Origin: Haliotis rubra
Lineage: Eukaryota
Direction: 5' to 3'
Length of the DNA: 64,000 bases
Assembly (NCBI RefSeq): GCF_003918875.1
Contig: NW_025765492.1
Location: 744,001-808,000 of the forward strand
Position numbers and translations under genes: made by a program. The notes below the pieces were generated by a model. It worked only from the letters and a program-made list of their open reading frames with translations, ran no database searches and was not told the origin of the DNA. Position 1 is the stretch's first letter. The number at the start of each line of letters is the position of its first letter. Positions 36,153-50,697 of this stretch are shown here, piece by piece.

Positions 36153-37409
36153 CAAACTATGCAGTTTATGGTTGAAACATGTAACATTATTTGTCACATA
36201 CTGCTTTTCCAGTACCTTCATACAGTGACAATAGGAACTTTAACTGCAACAGGCAGGTGGCAGATGTGAACACAGCAGACACAATACATAACTTAACAGT
36301 CTAGCTAAACACAGGCCACGAATAAATGTTCCACAACGTGACCTCGGTTGGAAGTCGTGATCATTACTGTGTTGTAATGGAAGTGATATTTTAGAACGTT
36401 TAGGGTGTGTGCTATGTAATGACTCCGTGAATGTATGTCAACTACAGCGACAAAGAGAAGGACCATCTGATATTTGGAAGGCTGCGTGTGTACGTGAGTG
36501 GGTAACAAACACAATTGTCAAACAAAAAACAATGTTGTCCATTTCGATATTCTGAACAAATGCATCCGAGTGAGTGAGTATGGTTTTACGCCGCTTTTAG
36601 CAATATTCCAGCAATATCACGGCAGGGGACACCAGAAATGGGCTTCACCGGGTATCAAACCCGGGTCTTCGGCGTGTAAATGCATCCGAGACCAAATAGA
36701 TAACCAGTCCCACAAAAAGTAATCCTTTATAACAGTTTGAATGAGTGAGTGAGTGAGAGAGTTTAGTTTTACGCCGCTTTTAGCAATATTCCAGCAATAT
36801 CACGGCAGGGGACACCAGAAATGGGCTTCACACACAGTACCCATGTGGGGAATCGAACCCGGGTCTTCGGCGTGACGAGCGAACGCCTTGACCACTAGGC
36901 TACCCCACCTTCCTACAGTTTGAATGTGTAAAAGATACATTTCTGATCGACCTTCTACGTGTTATGCACTAAAATGAGAATTATGAGACAAGGTTGACGG
37001 TTGTTGCTCACATTTTCAGTCACAGGTAAGCCTGGTCCCAGGACGAATATTTTGGTTGGAGAGAATTGTGAAGATGAAGCTCACAATATACGAATGCAAC
37101 CCTCAAACAGTGGGCAAGAAGCACAAATGTCTTATGTCTTTGTGATGATGTACCTTTGTTGAGGTGAAAGTCTTAAATGATCGAATCTGGGCAGGCCTAG
37201 TGATTGATAGCATGAGCAAAGAATGACTGTGTGGGGCATGACGATATACACACACCAAGGGCACGCTTCAGTCGAGAGCAGACCAGTAGCTGATTGCATT
37301 CATCAAATAATCGTCAATCAAATTATCATTCTGAGTCATGAGTAAATGTGTGCCCACAGGCTTAGGGATACACTATATAAGCGGCATGGCTCCGGACGGC
37401 TACAAGCAA

Positions 37410-37414
37410 ACACA

Positions 37415-37465
<51 letters not shown>

Positions 37466-37470
37466 GCGCG
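37410..37470. repeat. (CGCA)n microsatellite
   Basis: Directly visible. Confidence 0.95.
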
Positions 37471-39449
37471 TTTGACATTTTTGTTCACAACACGACCTTA
37501 ACTGCACAATGTTTGTTAGACCTGGCTTATCAGCTATGATTCCACTCGTTCCGTTTGCGAGCACTATCGTAATATCGACGGATGCAATCATGCGTTTGGG
37601 AATTGCAGGAAAACTATTATTTGCTTTGGTGATCCCATGCGAGAACTCAACATTTAAGATGACTTATTTGGAAAGGTTGAACTAATATGTTGCATCAGCT
37701 GATGGTGACATATAACGATACTGGGGTTTTTTTAACAGAATATAGTTGGCTGAAATATGTGGAGCTGTGGAAATATGTTTATTCTTGTCAAGGTTGTTAC
37801 ATAGCACAGAGTAGGGTCCGTGCCTGGAGGAGAGATTTGAAAACCGAAAGTTATTGGGGTAAGTTAATTTATTGTCTGTTTATGAGAGATCATAACACAT
37901 ATTGAAATGGGTCACAAGAGGTCCTGTTGTTCTCTGTGAATTATCGGGTACCCGAACTTGCCAGACTCCCATCATTAATGATTCTCGTTCAGACATCTTT
38001 CATGTTAAGGATCCCATTTGTTGGGTAGAATTACTGCAATATCAATACTTGCATGGACGTTTTGATTAACGCCAAACTCAGCAATATTCCAGCTACATGG
38101 CGGCGGTCTGTAAATAATCGAGTCCGGACCAGACAATCCAGTGATCAACAGCATGAGCCCCGATCTACACAATTGGGATACGATGGCATGTGTCAACCAA
38201 ATCAGCGAGCTTGACCACCCGATCCCGTTAGTCGCCTCTTACGAAGACCAATCCTAACCCGGATTCTCACGGGTATCATGAGTGAGTGAGTGAGTTTAGT
38301 TTTACGCCGCTTTTAGCAATATCTCAGCAATATCACGGCGGGGGACACCAGAAATGGGCTTCACACATTGTACCCATGTAGGGAATCGAACCCGGGCCTT
38401 CGTAGTGACGAGCGAACGCTTTAACCATTAGGCTACCCCACCGCCCCACACGCGTATCATGAAGGTTGGTAAACATGCATATAATAATATTGCACTTGCA
38501 GCGTGAGTGTGATAGAGCAACTGCACCTTCAGTTCATGTCGAGGGCTGTCAACTGTAAAGTGTGTTAATCACATCGCTAGGGCTAGACTCGCAGTTCAGA
38601 GCTACTTAATGCGTACATAGTAAGATAAAAGTGATCGTACGCATCAAAGATATATTTAAATTCTGTGTCTGTTCTGTAACTGTAAGAAAACTAATTTCTA
38701 TGTATAGTCAACTTTATTATTGCCATGAATGAGACGTCTCGATGTAGGTACTTACACCGTTATCAGCAACCGATGCTCGATAAGTGGTTGCTTGATAATG
38801 GTGATAGCGGTGTTAGTTTCTACACCGAAACGTCGCACTCATTGCAATAAAGAAGTTGACTATACATAGTAATTGGTTTTCCTTCATCTTTACAAGTTCT
38901 AAAATGGCTCTCAATGAAATGTTCTGTAACTTCCCTGTTAAGTTAATTCTTCGTTTTGACCCTATGGCCCTATCCGGCAATACACATCCAATTTCATTGC
39001 GAGGCATTAGAAGTTGCCTCGTAAACGTCCATTAATTAATAAGCTTTAAGCAATAAGAGTTAAGTATCATATGCCATCATATCATTTTACCAAAGGCGAT
39101 GCTTATTTATAACCGAATGGCTTTTAGGGATTTAAGATAAGAATATGTGTTCCAACCACCCCATCCTTGTCAGAAGACGCTACTAATTGTATCGGGTGGT
39201 GAGGCTCGAGGACTTGCATACCATCGTATTCCAGTTGCGTGGATCGCTCGATGCTCATAATGCCCACCCTGCCTGGACCAAGCAACAATAGAAAGAGAGA
39301 TCATGCACGTTAATTCACAAAGCATGCTATCGTTGGATCTCTCTTCCCTGATGGAGGGTAACAAGTTGATAAAACGGAGTCGGGTTTCCGTGCTCCTCAG
39401 ATGTTTCTCACTTGAGAGATTCACTGCACACCACATCAAACTCTTATAT

Positions 39450-39950
39450 ACGAAAAGCTGTGTTAAAAATGCCACGATTGAGTGCTGCCGACCGAAATAT
39501 CGCCATTGGTCGTGTTCAAGCCGGAGAAAGTTTTGGAACTGTTGCACGGCACCTAAATGTTCACAAAACAACGATATCCCGACTTTGGAGCCGCTACAAC
39601 AACTTCAATTTGACCAACGATCGCCCGAGAAGTGGAAGGCCAAGAATCACGACCCCCTTCAAGATCGGTACATCCGGGTCCATCACCTGCGTAATCGGCA
39701 TGCCCTACCAACCGTGACTGCCACACAAATACCAGGTTTGAGGAGAGTGTCAGCTCAAACGATTAGGAACCGTCTGAAAGAAGCGGGTTTACGTGCCTGT
39801 AGACCAGTTGTTGGACCTGTACGCCCCCTACATCTCCGCCGACGACTCAGGTGGTGCAACAACGTAAGGATATGGACTTTACAAAACTGGAGGCGCATCT
39901 GGTTTGCTGATGAATCCCGTTTTCTTTTGCAACATCACGACGGAAGAAAA
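39450..39950 (+). mobile_element. Tc1 transposase N-terminal fragment in the first intron of copy 3
   Basis: MPRLSAADRNIAIGRVQAG...DRPRSGRPRITT, VSAQTIRNRLKEAGL, WFADESRF; absent from the paralogous intron of copy 2. Confidence 0.85.
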
Positions 39951-40169
39951 CTATCGAGTAGATTCACAGGTAAATTGTGTCGAAAAGGATATATGATGAT
40001 GAATCAGATAATCCATAAAACACACACTCGGGAAAATAAACAAAGGTTTGACAGGTTCAGCTGTGGCGTGAATTGACAATACACTTCAATTTCGGTGCGT
40101 AATGCCTATTTCAGATTTAAAACGATTTATACTTATTTATTCTTTTTCAGTATAAGTCGACAACCCACG

Positions 40170-43100
40170 ATGTCAACTCCAATCTACACTGTAACCTCGA
40201 TACTAGTAAGTTACTGAAAGTATCCTTTGATTCTGGCCAAGTTCAAACCTCATCGCAACATGATTAAGCTTAAGTGGTCTTGTAATTTGATTTTCATCAT
40301 CGCCCCTCTAATGTGAACAATTAACAACTTTTCAAAGTTTCTTATTTAAAAAACCGTGCAATCATTTTCGCTGTAATATGAACTGAAGATTAAACCGATG
40401 TGCACGCCCATGTTTGATGCTGGCTAAAATGTGATCGATGATGGTGATGTATTTGACACGAGTGTCGGAGTTTTATACATAACGTTGGAAGTGTTTCGGA
40501 CACTGATCCCAGTATTGTTTGGGGTCAAAAATCAGTTGTCATATGCATTCTTTATTTTGTCCGGCTGGTTTTTACCATGACCTTCGCCATATCCATTTAT
40601 CATAACTGCTTGAATTGGATGGTAATGAAATTGGGCTGGGATGTTGGTTTTGAACGAGTTTGGAACGGTTACCACCGGTGAGACAGGAGACGCTCAAGGT
40701 AGTCTAGTGGTTAAAGCGTTCATTCCTCACACTGGGTTTGATTCCGAAATTGGTAAAATATTTGAAGCTCATGTCTGGTGTCACCGCCCCAAGCCGCGAT
40801 ATGGCTAGATTATTGCTAACAGCGTCGTAACACTATACTCACCCACTCGCCCTTTTGTATACACCAGATATCATCGCACATGTTAGACATCTCAGACGCA
40901 TGTTAATAGTATAGTCGGAATCGTACATGTAACTCTGCTTTAACCAAAGATTCTGAAAAAGGTAAACTCGCTGTCAAAAAGAACATAATTGGTTCTAGAA
41001 ACTATTTTCATTACTTTGTCCTCGTGGATAGGAAATAACCATATCTAACTAATCGCAGGGCGTGTCAGATGTCCGGCAAAATATTTGTAGTGAAAGGGAG
41101 AGAACCTACTTGTGTGTCTACTGATTTATTACCGTCAGCATAGTTGTTAGTGACATCGTACCCCAATAGCGTGGATCCTTGCTCATATCAATCACCGGGT
41201 TGACTGGTCCAGTATTCCAGCAGGTCTGTTGCAGTGCTAAAACTGTGCGATTCGCTGTGTAGAGACGTACCAGTAACAGTGAGAGTTTCCAGTAATATCA
41301 CGACAGGGGCACGGTAGAAAAGGGCTTGACACATTGTACCCATGTGGAGGATCGAACCCGTACCTGACCAGTGAACACTGTAACCACGCAGCTACTCCAC
41401 CACCCAAAACTGAAACAATGTTCATACCAACTGTCCTTCACTTTAAATGAATATGTTTCATGCATTTCAATAACATCCACTTTCACGGCTGTGTAGCATT
41501 ATTGCTCGAATACTAGGTTCACACTGTTTATAAATATCTGCTGTAGCGTCATGTTCGTGTCCATGGGATTGGCTGTTACGTTAATCACTCTTTGAAAAGA
41601 AACCATTAGGCTTCTCCAACACCCCAAACCGTAACAGAACTGAAATACCGTTCAAACCAGCGTTTAAACAACTCGGTCACTTACTTTCTGTAAAGCAATG
41701 ATCGAATCTTTGGTTCACGATGATTCTATGCGATATCACCAACGAACGAAACCCATCATCACTCACACGCTACTCGTTCCAGGAACAATCAAACACGTAT
41801 TCAACTACATATGACTGTTTTTGTCTTCGTATCATAGCAACATGTCTGTATATTCCAGTCCAAGCCCTACGTCATGAAGAAAGATGGCGACGGCTATAAG
41901 GGATTCCTCGTTGATGTACTCGACAAAGTTGCCGAGTTGGTGGGCTTCAAATACAACATTCGGCTCTCTAAAGACGGCCAATACGGATCTTACAACAATG
42001 GACAATGGAGTGGCATGATTGGAGAGGTGGTACGAAGGGTATGTATACACTCTAGTTCCAGTATTTGTCTGCAATACAGGCTTTTGGCAGATTGTTTTGT
42101 CTGTGTGTCGCTGTCCTATTTAAAACATGCTTCACTTATGACATGCTTTATTACACTCAGCAAAATAGAAAATCAAAAGATATTTAGAACTTCTCTGGAA
42201 ACAAATAATCAATACAGCATAGGCCTAATGTGATTATTACTCATTCTACTTTCTATCAGCCATAACGTTCACTGCTGAACTTTCACGTTTACCAACTGTA
42301 TTTGCCAACAATATCATATCAGGAAGTGAGGACATATTTAACCTTTCATTGACCAGGAGGCAAACATAGGTCTGGGAGACGTCATCATTACCAGAGAAAG
42401 GGAACGCGTTGTGGACTTTTCAAAGCCATACCTAACCCAGACGCTACGTCTTCTGGTGAAAAGGTCTAGAAGGTATGACCCTGGTCTTGGTCTTTTGCTG
42501 GAACCATTCTCGGTGGAGCTTTGGTTTTATATCCTGTTTGCGCTTCTCCTCGTGGCAATCCTATTCGTCCTCATCGGTCGGTTCAACCCGTTTGAATGGA
42601 GACAGGTGGCATCGGACAAAGACCCCAGAGGTGCAAGACACAGCTTTGGCCTGAGAGAGAGTTTCATGTTTGTGTTCAGCACTATCACACTGCAAGGTAA
42701 GAACGTGTACCAGTTCAAGAAATGCACCTCACATTCCAAACGTTTCTCTTACAATCCCTATTCCAATTTGGATGCGTTTAACAAAATATATTCCAAATTA
42801 ATTTGAAACTTGGAATGGGAACATTTAAACTGTACTTATATATGATAAAAACTGGACGATGTACGTGTTGTTGGCACCAGCATAAGTTTAACAGGTAGTG
42901 ATGTCAATATTGCTAAATCTTTGTTTCTAGACGTTCATGACGTGTTGCAGGTTACCGAGAAACGCCCCGGTCTCTGGCAGGGCGGGTGTTGGCCGTGTCG
43001 TGGTTCATCTTCATCTTCTTCACCGTGGTGGCCTACATCGGAGCAGCTATGACCATCATATCGGCTGAAGGAGGGATGCCATCACTGCCTTTCGAGGGTC

Positions 43101-43660
43101 TTGAGGACATAGTTGATGATGGAAGAATCAGTATTGGAATGGTGCGTCATGGAAGTGCATTTCAATCATTCAAGACGAGCAAAGAAGACATCTACCAGCG
43201 TGTGGCTAACTACGTTGAGATGCGAAACTCGTTTGTCAACAACACTGCAGAAGGAATTGAAAGAGTTAGACGTAGTCATGGAAACTTTGTAATGATTATG
43301 GAGTCGTTGACAGCTGAATACCATGCCGAGCAACTACCATGTAATGTTATGGTGTATGGCAAAAGTCATTTCAGTAAGGCATTGGCTCTTTTCACAATTC
43401 AAGGGTCCGGTCTCAAGCTGAAAATCGATGATGCATTGCGCAAATTGAGAGAAGACGGCACACTATACAAGCTGCAGGTACTATGGTGGGGAAAGTGGTT
43501 CTGCTTTCCTGGAGTTGCGAAACGACAGCAACCAACCATCAGGGCTGTACAAGTTTCCTTTCGGAGACTTGCAGCACCGTTCCTGCTCCTCATGGTGGGT
43601 GCCATTCTGGCTGTTGTAGTCTTGTTGGGCGAGATCGTCTTCAAGAAACTCAGGCAGTAG
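40170..43660 (+). CDS. Minimal iGluR/IR-like receptor copy 3, ~421 aa; exons 40170-40205, 41859-42038, 42357-42696, 42951-43660
   Basis: Intact frame and the same splice structure as copy 1. Confidence 0.92.
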
Positions 43661-45424
43661 AGTTTCGGGTTTTTTACAAAGCGATCTGCATTCATGCATT
43701 GGATGCCCTTCCAAAAGTCACGTGACCTCCTTTACATTTCCCTTCACTTTGTGTAGCCATTGTAACTACATAAGTAGTTGTGTTGACAGCTGACACTGTC
43801 AGAATTTTATCGTAGACTTATTCATATTTAGATACCTGTACACCCCATATAAACGTTTACTTTGACTAAAGTGTGCTTCACGATTCCAGCCTGGAATCTT
43901 CCATCTTATCGGGCTGTACTCCCTGAAGACTGACTGACTGAGTTTAGTTTTACGCCGCTTTTAGCAATATTCCAGCAATATCACGGCGGGGGACACCAGA
44001 AATGAGCTTAACACATTGTGCCCATGTGGGGAATCGAACCCGGGTCTTCGGCGTGACGAGCCAACGCTTTAACCATTAGGCTACCCCACCGCCCCTACTC
44101 CCTGAAGATACTGATATAGATCCTACGACTGTGTTGTCTCTTCATGTAGGTTTCCTATATATCACTGATGAACATTTTCGGTATATAGATTTATGTGTAA
44201 CCTAAATCAACTTTGTTGTATTGGTGTTTTATTATATGTTATATTGTATCTGTTATATATGGAGCAAAATATATGATGACAATAATCAGTCCTGGTTGTC
44301 ATTTAAACAAACACGGGCACCAACAATGGTAAGTTCTTACTCTCCTCAACGAAGGACTGTTATACGCGTGGTGGTTGAACACGTGAATTAAATAGACCAC
44401 ACTCATAATGTGGACACAAACTATGCATTTTACGATTGACACATGTATGTTTCAGATACTGCTTTTCCAGTAACTGTGTTCAATTACAGCAGTACAAAAG
44501 TAACTTTAACTGCAACCACTGACTGACTGACTGAGTTTAGTTTTACGCCGCTTTTAGCAATATTCCAGCAATATCACGGCGGGGGACACCAGAAATGGGC
44601 TTCACACATTGTGCCCATGTGGGGAATCGAACCCGGGCCTTCAGCGTGACGAGCCAACGCTTTAACCACTAGGCTACCTCACCGCCTCCTTAACTGCAAC
44701 CAGCCAGTTGCAGATGAAATCACGACAGACCCAGTACTTAACTGCCAACGGACTATCTAAACACAGGCCACACATAAAAGTTCCACAACGAGACCTCAGT
44801 TGGAAGTCGTGATTATTACTGTATTATAATGGTAGTGATAGTTTAGCAACGTTCTGGGTATCCTATCTAATGATTGCGTCTGTGTATATCAGCTACAGCG
44901 ACAAAGGGAGGGTGTGTGTGTACGGGAGTGGGTAACAAAACAAATTGTCAAACTAAAAACATATGTTGTCCATTTGGATATTCTGAACAAATGCATCCGA
45001 GAACAATTAGATAACCAGTCCCACAAAACCTAATATGTTATGATAGAAATGGATTTCAGAAAATAACAGTTTGAATGTGTAAAAGATACATTTCTGCTAG
45101 ATCTTCCCCTGGTTATGGACTAAAATGGGGATCAGGTGCCCAGGCTTGACGGCTGTTGCTCATCTTTAAAGTCACAGTTTAGCCTGGTCACAACTGGAAT
45201 ATAGAGGTTAGAGAGAATTATTCTGCTGTGTCACTGGCAAACCCTTATTCACAGAGGGGCGGTGGGGGTAACCTCGTTGGCTCGTCACGCCGAAGTTCGA
45301 TTCCCACATGGGCATGTGTTAAGCCCATTTCTGGTGTCCACCGCCGTGACATTGCTGGAATATTATTGCCGGCGTAAAACTGTCATCTTATTCACAGATA
45401 TTTCGGGTTCACGTCATTCACGTC

Positions 45425-46100
45425 ATGGCATTCACATCAGAAAGCAGTGTTACCATGACAACAGGAGGCACATCTTGAACGGTGATCACTTGGAGCACAT
45501 CAGAAACCAGGGCTACCTTGACCACTTGGGGCACATCTGGAAGCAGGGCTAAAATAACAACAGGCAGCACATCTGGAAGCAGTGATATCATGACGTCAGG
45601 AGGCAAACCAGGAAGCAGTGCTACCATGACAATAGGTAGCACATCTGGAGGCAGTGCTGCCATGACAACAGGAGGCAAACCTGGAAGCAGTGCTACCATG
45701 ACAACAGGATGCACATCTGGAAGCAGTGCTGCCATGGCGTCAGAAGGCAAACCAGAAGCAGTGCTACCATGACAACAGCAGGCTGTGTTCCCAGTGATCC
45801 CAACGTCAGAAGGCAAACCAGGAAGCAGTGCTACCAACAACAGCATCTGTTTTGCCAGCTGTCCCAACGTAGAGGATTAGTATACAACAGCATCTGTGTT
45901 CCCAGCTGTCCCAACGTAGAGGATTAGTATACCAGCAGCATCTGTGTTCCCAGCTGTCCCAACGTAGAGGATTAGTATACCAGCAGCATCTGTGTTCCTG
46001 CAGACGGGGTCGTCAGAACGATCTTCCACAGCTGCGACCCATCATTACGAAGGACAACGTTCACCTTGATGTCTCATGTTTTTGGTTAATGTTTTTGTTT
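45425..46100 (+). pseudogene. Degenerate remnant of mucin exon C repeats and 3' UTR
   Basis: Decayed TTG.TSGSSATM units with indels; ggacaacgttcac (46052) matches the exon C UTR (15127); no Cys domain. Confidence 0.8.
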
Positions 46101-46414
46101 TGATTGATTATATCATTGTCTGAGAATGTACTTTGAATCTATTTCTTACCTGAAACTCTTGTTAATCGTTTCGAGGCGCGGTTGGGTAACGCCAATGGCC
46201 CAAGTCCAAAAACAGACGGGTACGATGTGTTAAGCCCATTTCTGGTGTACCCCGCCAAGGGTAGCCCAATGGTCATTCACTCACTCGCACCCAATGGTCA
46301 AGTGATCGCACGACGATCACCAAACACGGAATGTAATACAAAATTTGTATTATATTCCGTGTTTGGGTAGCCAAGGGTAGCCTAATGGTCATTCACTCAC
46401 TCACACTTCTGTGT

Positions 46415-49085
46415 TACACACACACAACAGTCACACATACAACATGCACACACACAACAATCACACACACCAGTCACACACAACAGAAACACATACAAGT
46501 CATGCACACCAGTCACACACAACAGAAACACACAACAGTCACACATAAAACATGCACACACACAACAATCACACATACAACAATCACAAACACCAGTCAC
46601 ACACAACAGAAACACATACAACAGTCACTCACAGCAGTCACACACACAACAGTAACACACACAAAAGTCTCACATACAACAGTTTCACACACAACAGTCA
46701 CACACACAACAGTTTCACATACATCAGTCACACACACAACAGTTTCACATACATCAGTCACACACACAACAGGCTCACATACATCAGTCACACACACAAC
46801 AGTTTCACATACAACAGTCACTCACAGCAGTCACACACACAGCAGTCACACACAACAGTTTCACATACATCAGTCACACACAACAGTTTCACATACATCA
46901 GTCTCACACAACAGTCACACACACAACAGTCACACACACAACAGTTTCACATACAACAGTCACACACAGCAGTCATACACAACAGTCACACATACAACAG
47001 TCACACATACAACAGTTTCACATACAACAGTCACTCACAGCAGTCACACATACAACAGTCTCACACAACAGTCACACACACAACAGTTTCACACACAACA
47101 GTCACACACACAGCAGTCACGTACACAACAGTAACACACACAGTTTCACATACAACAGTCACACATACAACAGTCACACACACAGCAGTCACACACAAAC
47201 AGTCACACACACAACAGTTTCACAACAGTCAACAGTCAATACACACAACAGTTTCACATACAACAGTCACACACACAGCAGTCACGTACACAACAGTCAC
47301 ACACACAACAGTTTCACATACAACAGTCACGCATACAACAGTCAAACACACAACAGTCACACACACAACAGTTTCACAATAACAACAGTCACGCATACAA
47401 CAGTTGTACACAACAGTCATCACATACAACAGTCACACACAGCAGTCACACACACAACAGCAGTCACATACAACAGTCACACAACAGTCACACAACAGTC
47501 ACACACACAACAGTCACACACACAACAGTAACACACACAACAATAGTCACACAACAGTCGTACACAACAGTCACACACACACAGTCACACATACAACAGT
47601 TTCACTGTTACAACAGTCACACACAACAGTCACACACACACAGTCACACACACAACAGTCACACACAACAGTCAACACGCACAACAGTCACACATACAAC
47701 AGTCACACATAATACAACAGTCACACACAACAGTCACACACAACAGTCACACACAACAGTCAGTCATACACACAGTCAGTCACACAACAGTCACAACATC
47801 ACAACAGTCACAATAACAGTCACACACACAACAGTCCATCACATACAACAGTCACACACAACAGTCATAAACACAACAGTCACACATACAGCAGTGGTAC
47901 ACACAGCAGTCACACACACAACAGTCTCACATACAACAGTCACACACACAACAGTCACACATACAACAGTCATACACACAACAGTCACACACAACAGTCA
48001 CACACAACAGTCACACATACAACAGTCATACACACAACAGTCACACTCACAACAGTCACGCATACAACAGTCATACACACAAGAGTAACACATACAACAG
48101 TAACACATACAACAGTCGTACACACAGCAGTCACACACACAACAGTAACACATACAACAGTCACACACAGCAGACACACATACGACAGTCACACACATAA
48201 CAGTCATAGATACAACAGTCATACACACAACAGTCACACACAACAGTCATACACACAACAGTCATACACACACAACAGTCACACATACAACAGTCACACA
48301 CAACAGTCACACATACAACAGTCACACACACAACAGTCACACATACAACAGTCATACACACAATAGTCACACACAACAGTCATACACACAACAGTCACAC
48401 ATACAACAGTCACACACACGACAGTCACACATACAACAGTCACACACACAACAGTCACACATACAACAGTCTCACACACAACAGGCACACATACAACAGT
48501 CACACACACAACAGTCACACACACAACAGTCACACATACAACAGTCACACAACAGTCACACAGCAGTCACATACAACAGTCACACACACGACAGTCACAC
48601 ATACAACAGTCATACACACAACAGTCACACACAAACCGGTCTCACATACAACAGTCACGCATACAACAGTCATACACACAACAGTCACACACAAACCGGT
48701 CTCACATACAACAGTCACGCATACAACAGCCGTACACACAACAGTAACATATACAACAGTCATACAGACAACAGTCACACACAACAGTCTCACATACAAC
48801 AGTCACACACAACAGTTACACACAACAGTTACACATACAACAGTCATACAGACAACAGTCACACACACAACAGTCACGCATACAACAGTCACACACACAA
48901 TAGTCACATACAACAGTCACACACAGCAGTCATATATACAACAGTCACACCCAACAGTCATATATACAACAGTCACGCGCAGAACAGTCACACATGCAAC
49001 TGTCACACACAACAGACACAAATGCAACAGTCACACATGCAGAAGTCACACACAACAGTCAATCATACAACAGTCACACACTACA
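46415..49085. repeat. ~2.7-kb CA-rich simple satellite, unit about acaacagtcacac(ac/at)
   Basis: Directly visible; 13-15 bp period. Confidence 0.97.
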
Positions 49086-50697
49086 CGACACATCATCAAC
49101 TGTTTGGTGTTTCAGACATCTGGAAATTCTAAGAAAGTTTCATTCGGTATCGTTCTTATGTCATGGTACAAATGTGTGAACAGGTGAGGTTGACCACAAC
49201 TGGACAATGTTTGTCAGACTTGGCTTATCAGCTGTGATTCCACTCGTCTAGGTTATGATCGTAATGTCAACGGAGCGATCACAATGTGGGTATAATTGCA
49301 GGAAGAATACCATTTGCTTAAGTGATCCCTTCCGAAAAGGTCGATGGCTTATTGGGAAAGGTTGAACAATTATGTTGCATCAGCTGTAGTGACATATAAC
49401 CCATAATATAGTTGGCTGAAATAAGCGGAGCTGTGGAAATATGTTTATTCTTGTCAAGGTTGTTACTTAGCACAGAGTACGGTCCGCGCTTGGAGGAGAA
49501 ATTTGAGGAACCGAAAGTGATTAGGGTAAGTTTATCTATTGACTGTTTATAAACGACTATATCACACACTGAAGGGGGACACGAGTGGCACTGTTGTCCA
49601 AGTAAAGCTGCTGCAGATCATTGTGAATTGTCGGGTTCCCCGATCGTGTCAAATTCCCAGATTCTCTTTCGTGTCAAGGATCTCAAATATTGTCCAGGGT
49701 AACAATGCGGAAATATTTATACTTACATGAAGGTTGTTTGTTTGTTTGTTTGTTTGTTGTTTAACGCCGCAATCAGCAGCGTTGCTGAAGACCAATTCTT
49801 ACCCGGATGTTCAAGGTTGGTACGCATGCATATACCAATATTGCACTATTTAATGCTTACGTATTTGGATCAAAGCGATTGTACTATATGGGTCGTTCGC
49901 ATGAAACATATTTTATTTCAATTGTGTGTCTGTTCTGTAAAGTTATTGCTTGTGGTTACCCTATGACCCTATCCGCAAAACACATCGAACTTCTTTGAGA
50001 AGTTGCCTCGTAAGTGCGTAAGGTTAGCACATAATGATGAACATCTGTTTGCTACAATTAGAAGCGACTTTTCGATGAATGTTCTTACACCGTTAGGGGT
50101 AGCCTAGTGGTTAAAGCGTTGGCTCGTCACGCCGAAGACACGGGTTCGAATCCCCACATTGGTACAATGTGTGAAGCCCATTTCTGGTGTCCCCCGCCGT
50201 GATGTTGCTGGAATATTACTAAAAGCGGCGTAAAACTAAATTCAGTCAGTCAGTCAGTCTTACACCGTTATCCATCAAGGGATGGGCATGGTACGGTTAA
50301 GGGCATACATAAGCATGAGATTGTGTTTGCTGCGGTGGCTGAGTGGGTTAGATGGTTGACTTCGTGTGCTGGCGATTAGGGACTCAATCTAACACGTACT
50401 GGAAAGGGAACTTCACTGAGGTGTAATCCCAAATATAACACATGCTACAGATGGTTTATAGTTTGGAGATTCACTGATCACAACATCAAACTATGTTGAT
50501 CTGGGAGATTCATAGATACATACGAACATAGGAAATGATGAAGAATTACTTTAAAAATATCGAAAAACACACAATGTTTTGCAAGGTTCGGTGATGGCGT
50601 GAATTAACAATAAACTTCCATCCAGGCGCGTAATGCCTGATTAAGATTTTAACGGATTCATACTTATTTATTCTTTTTCAGCACAGCTCGACAACCC

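Noticed and set aside
46385-48799. Thr/His-rich and Cys/Val-rich ORFs
   Set aside because: Translations of a CA-rich simple satellite, with no splice or domain support.
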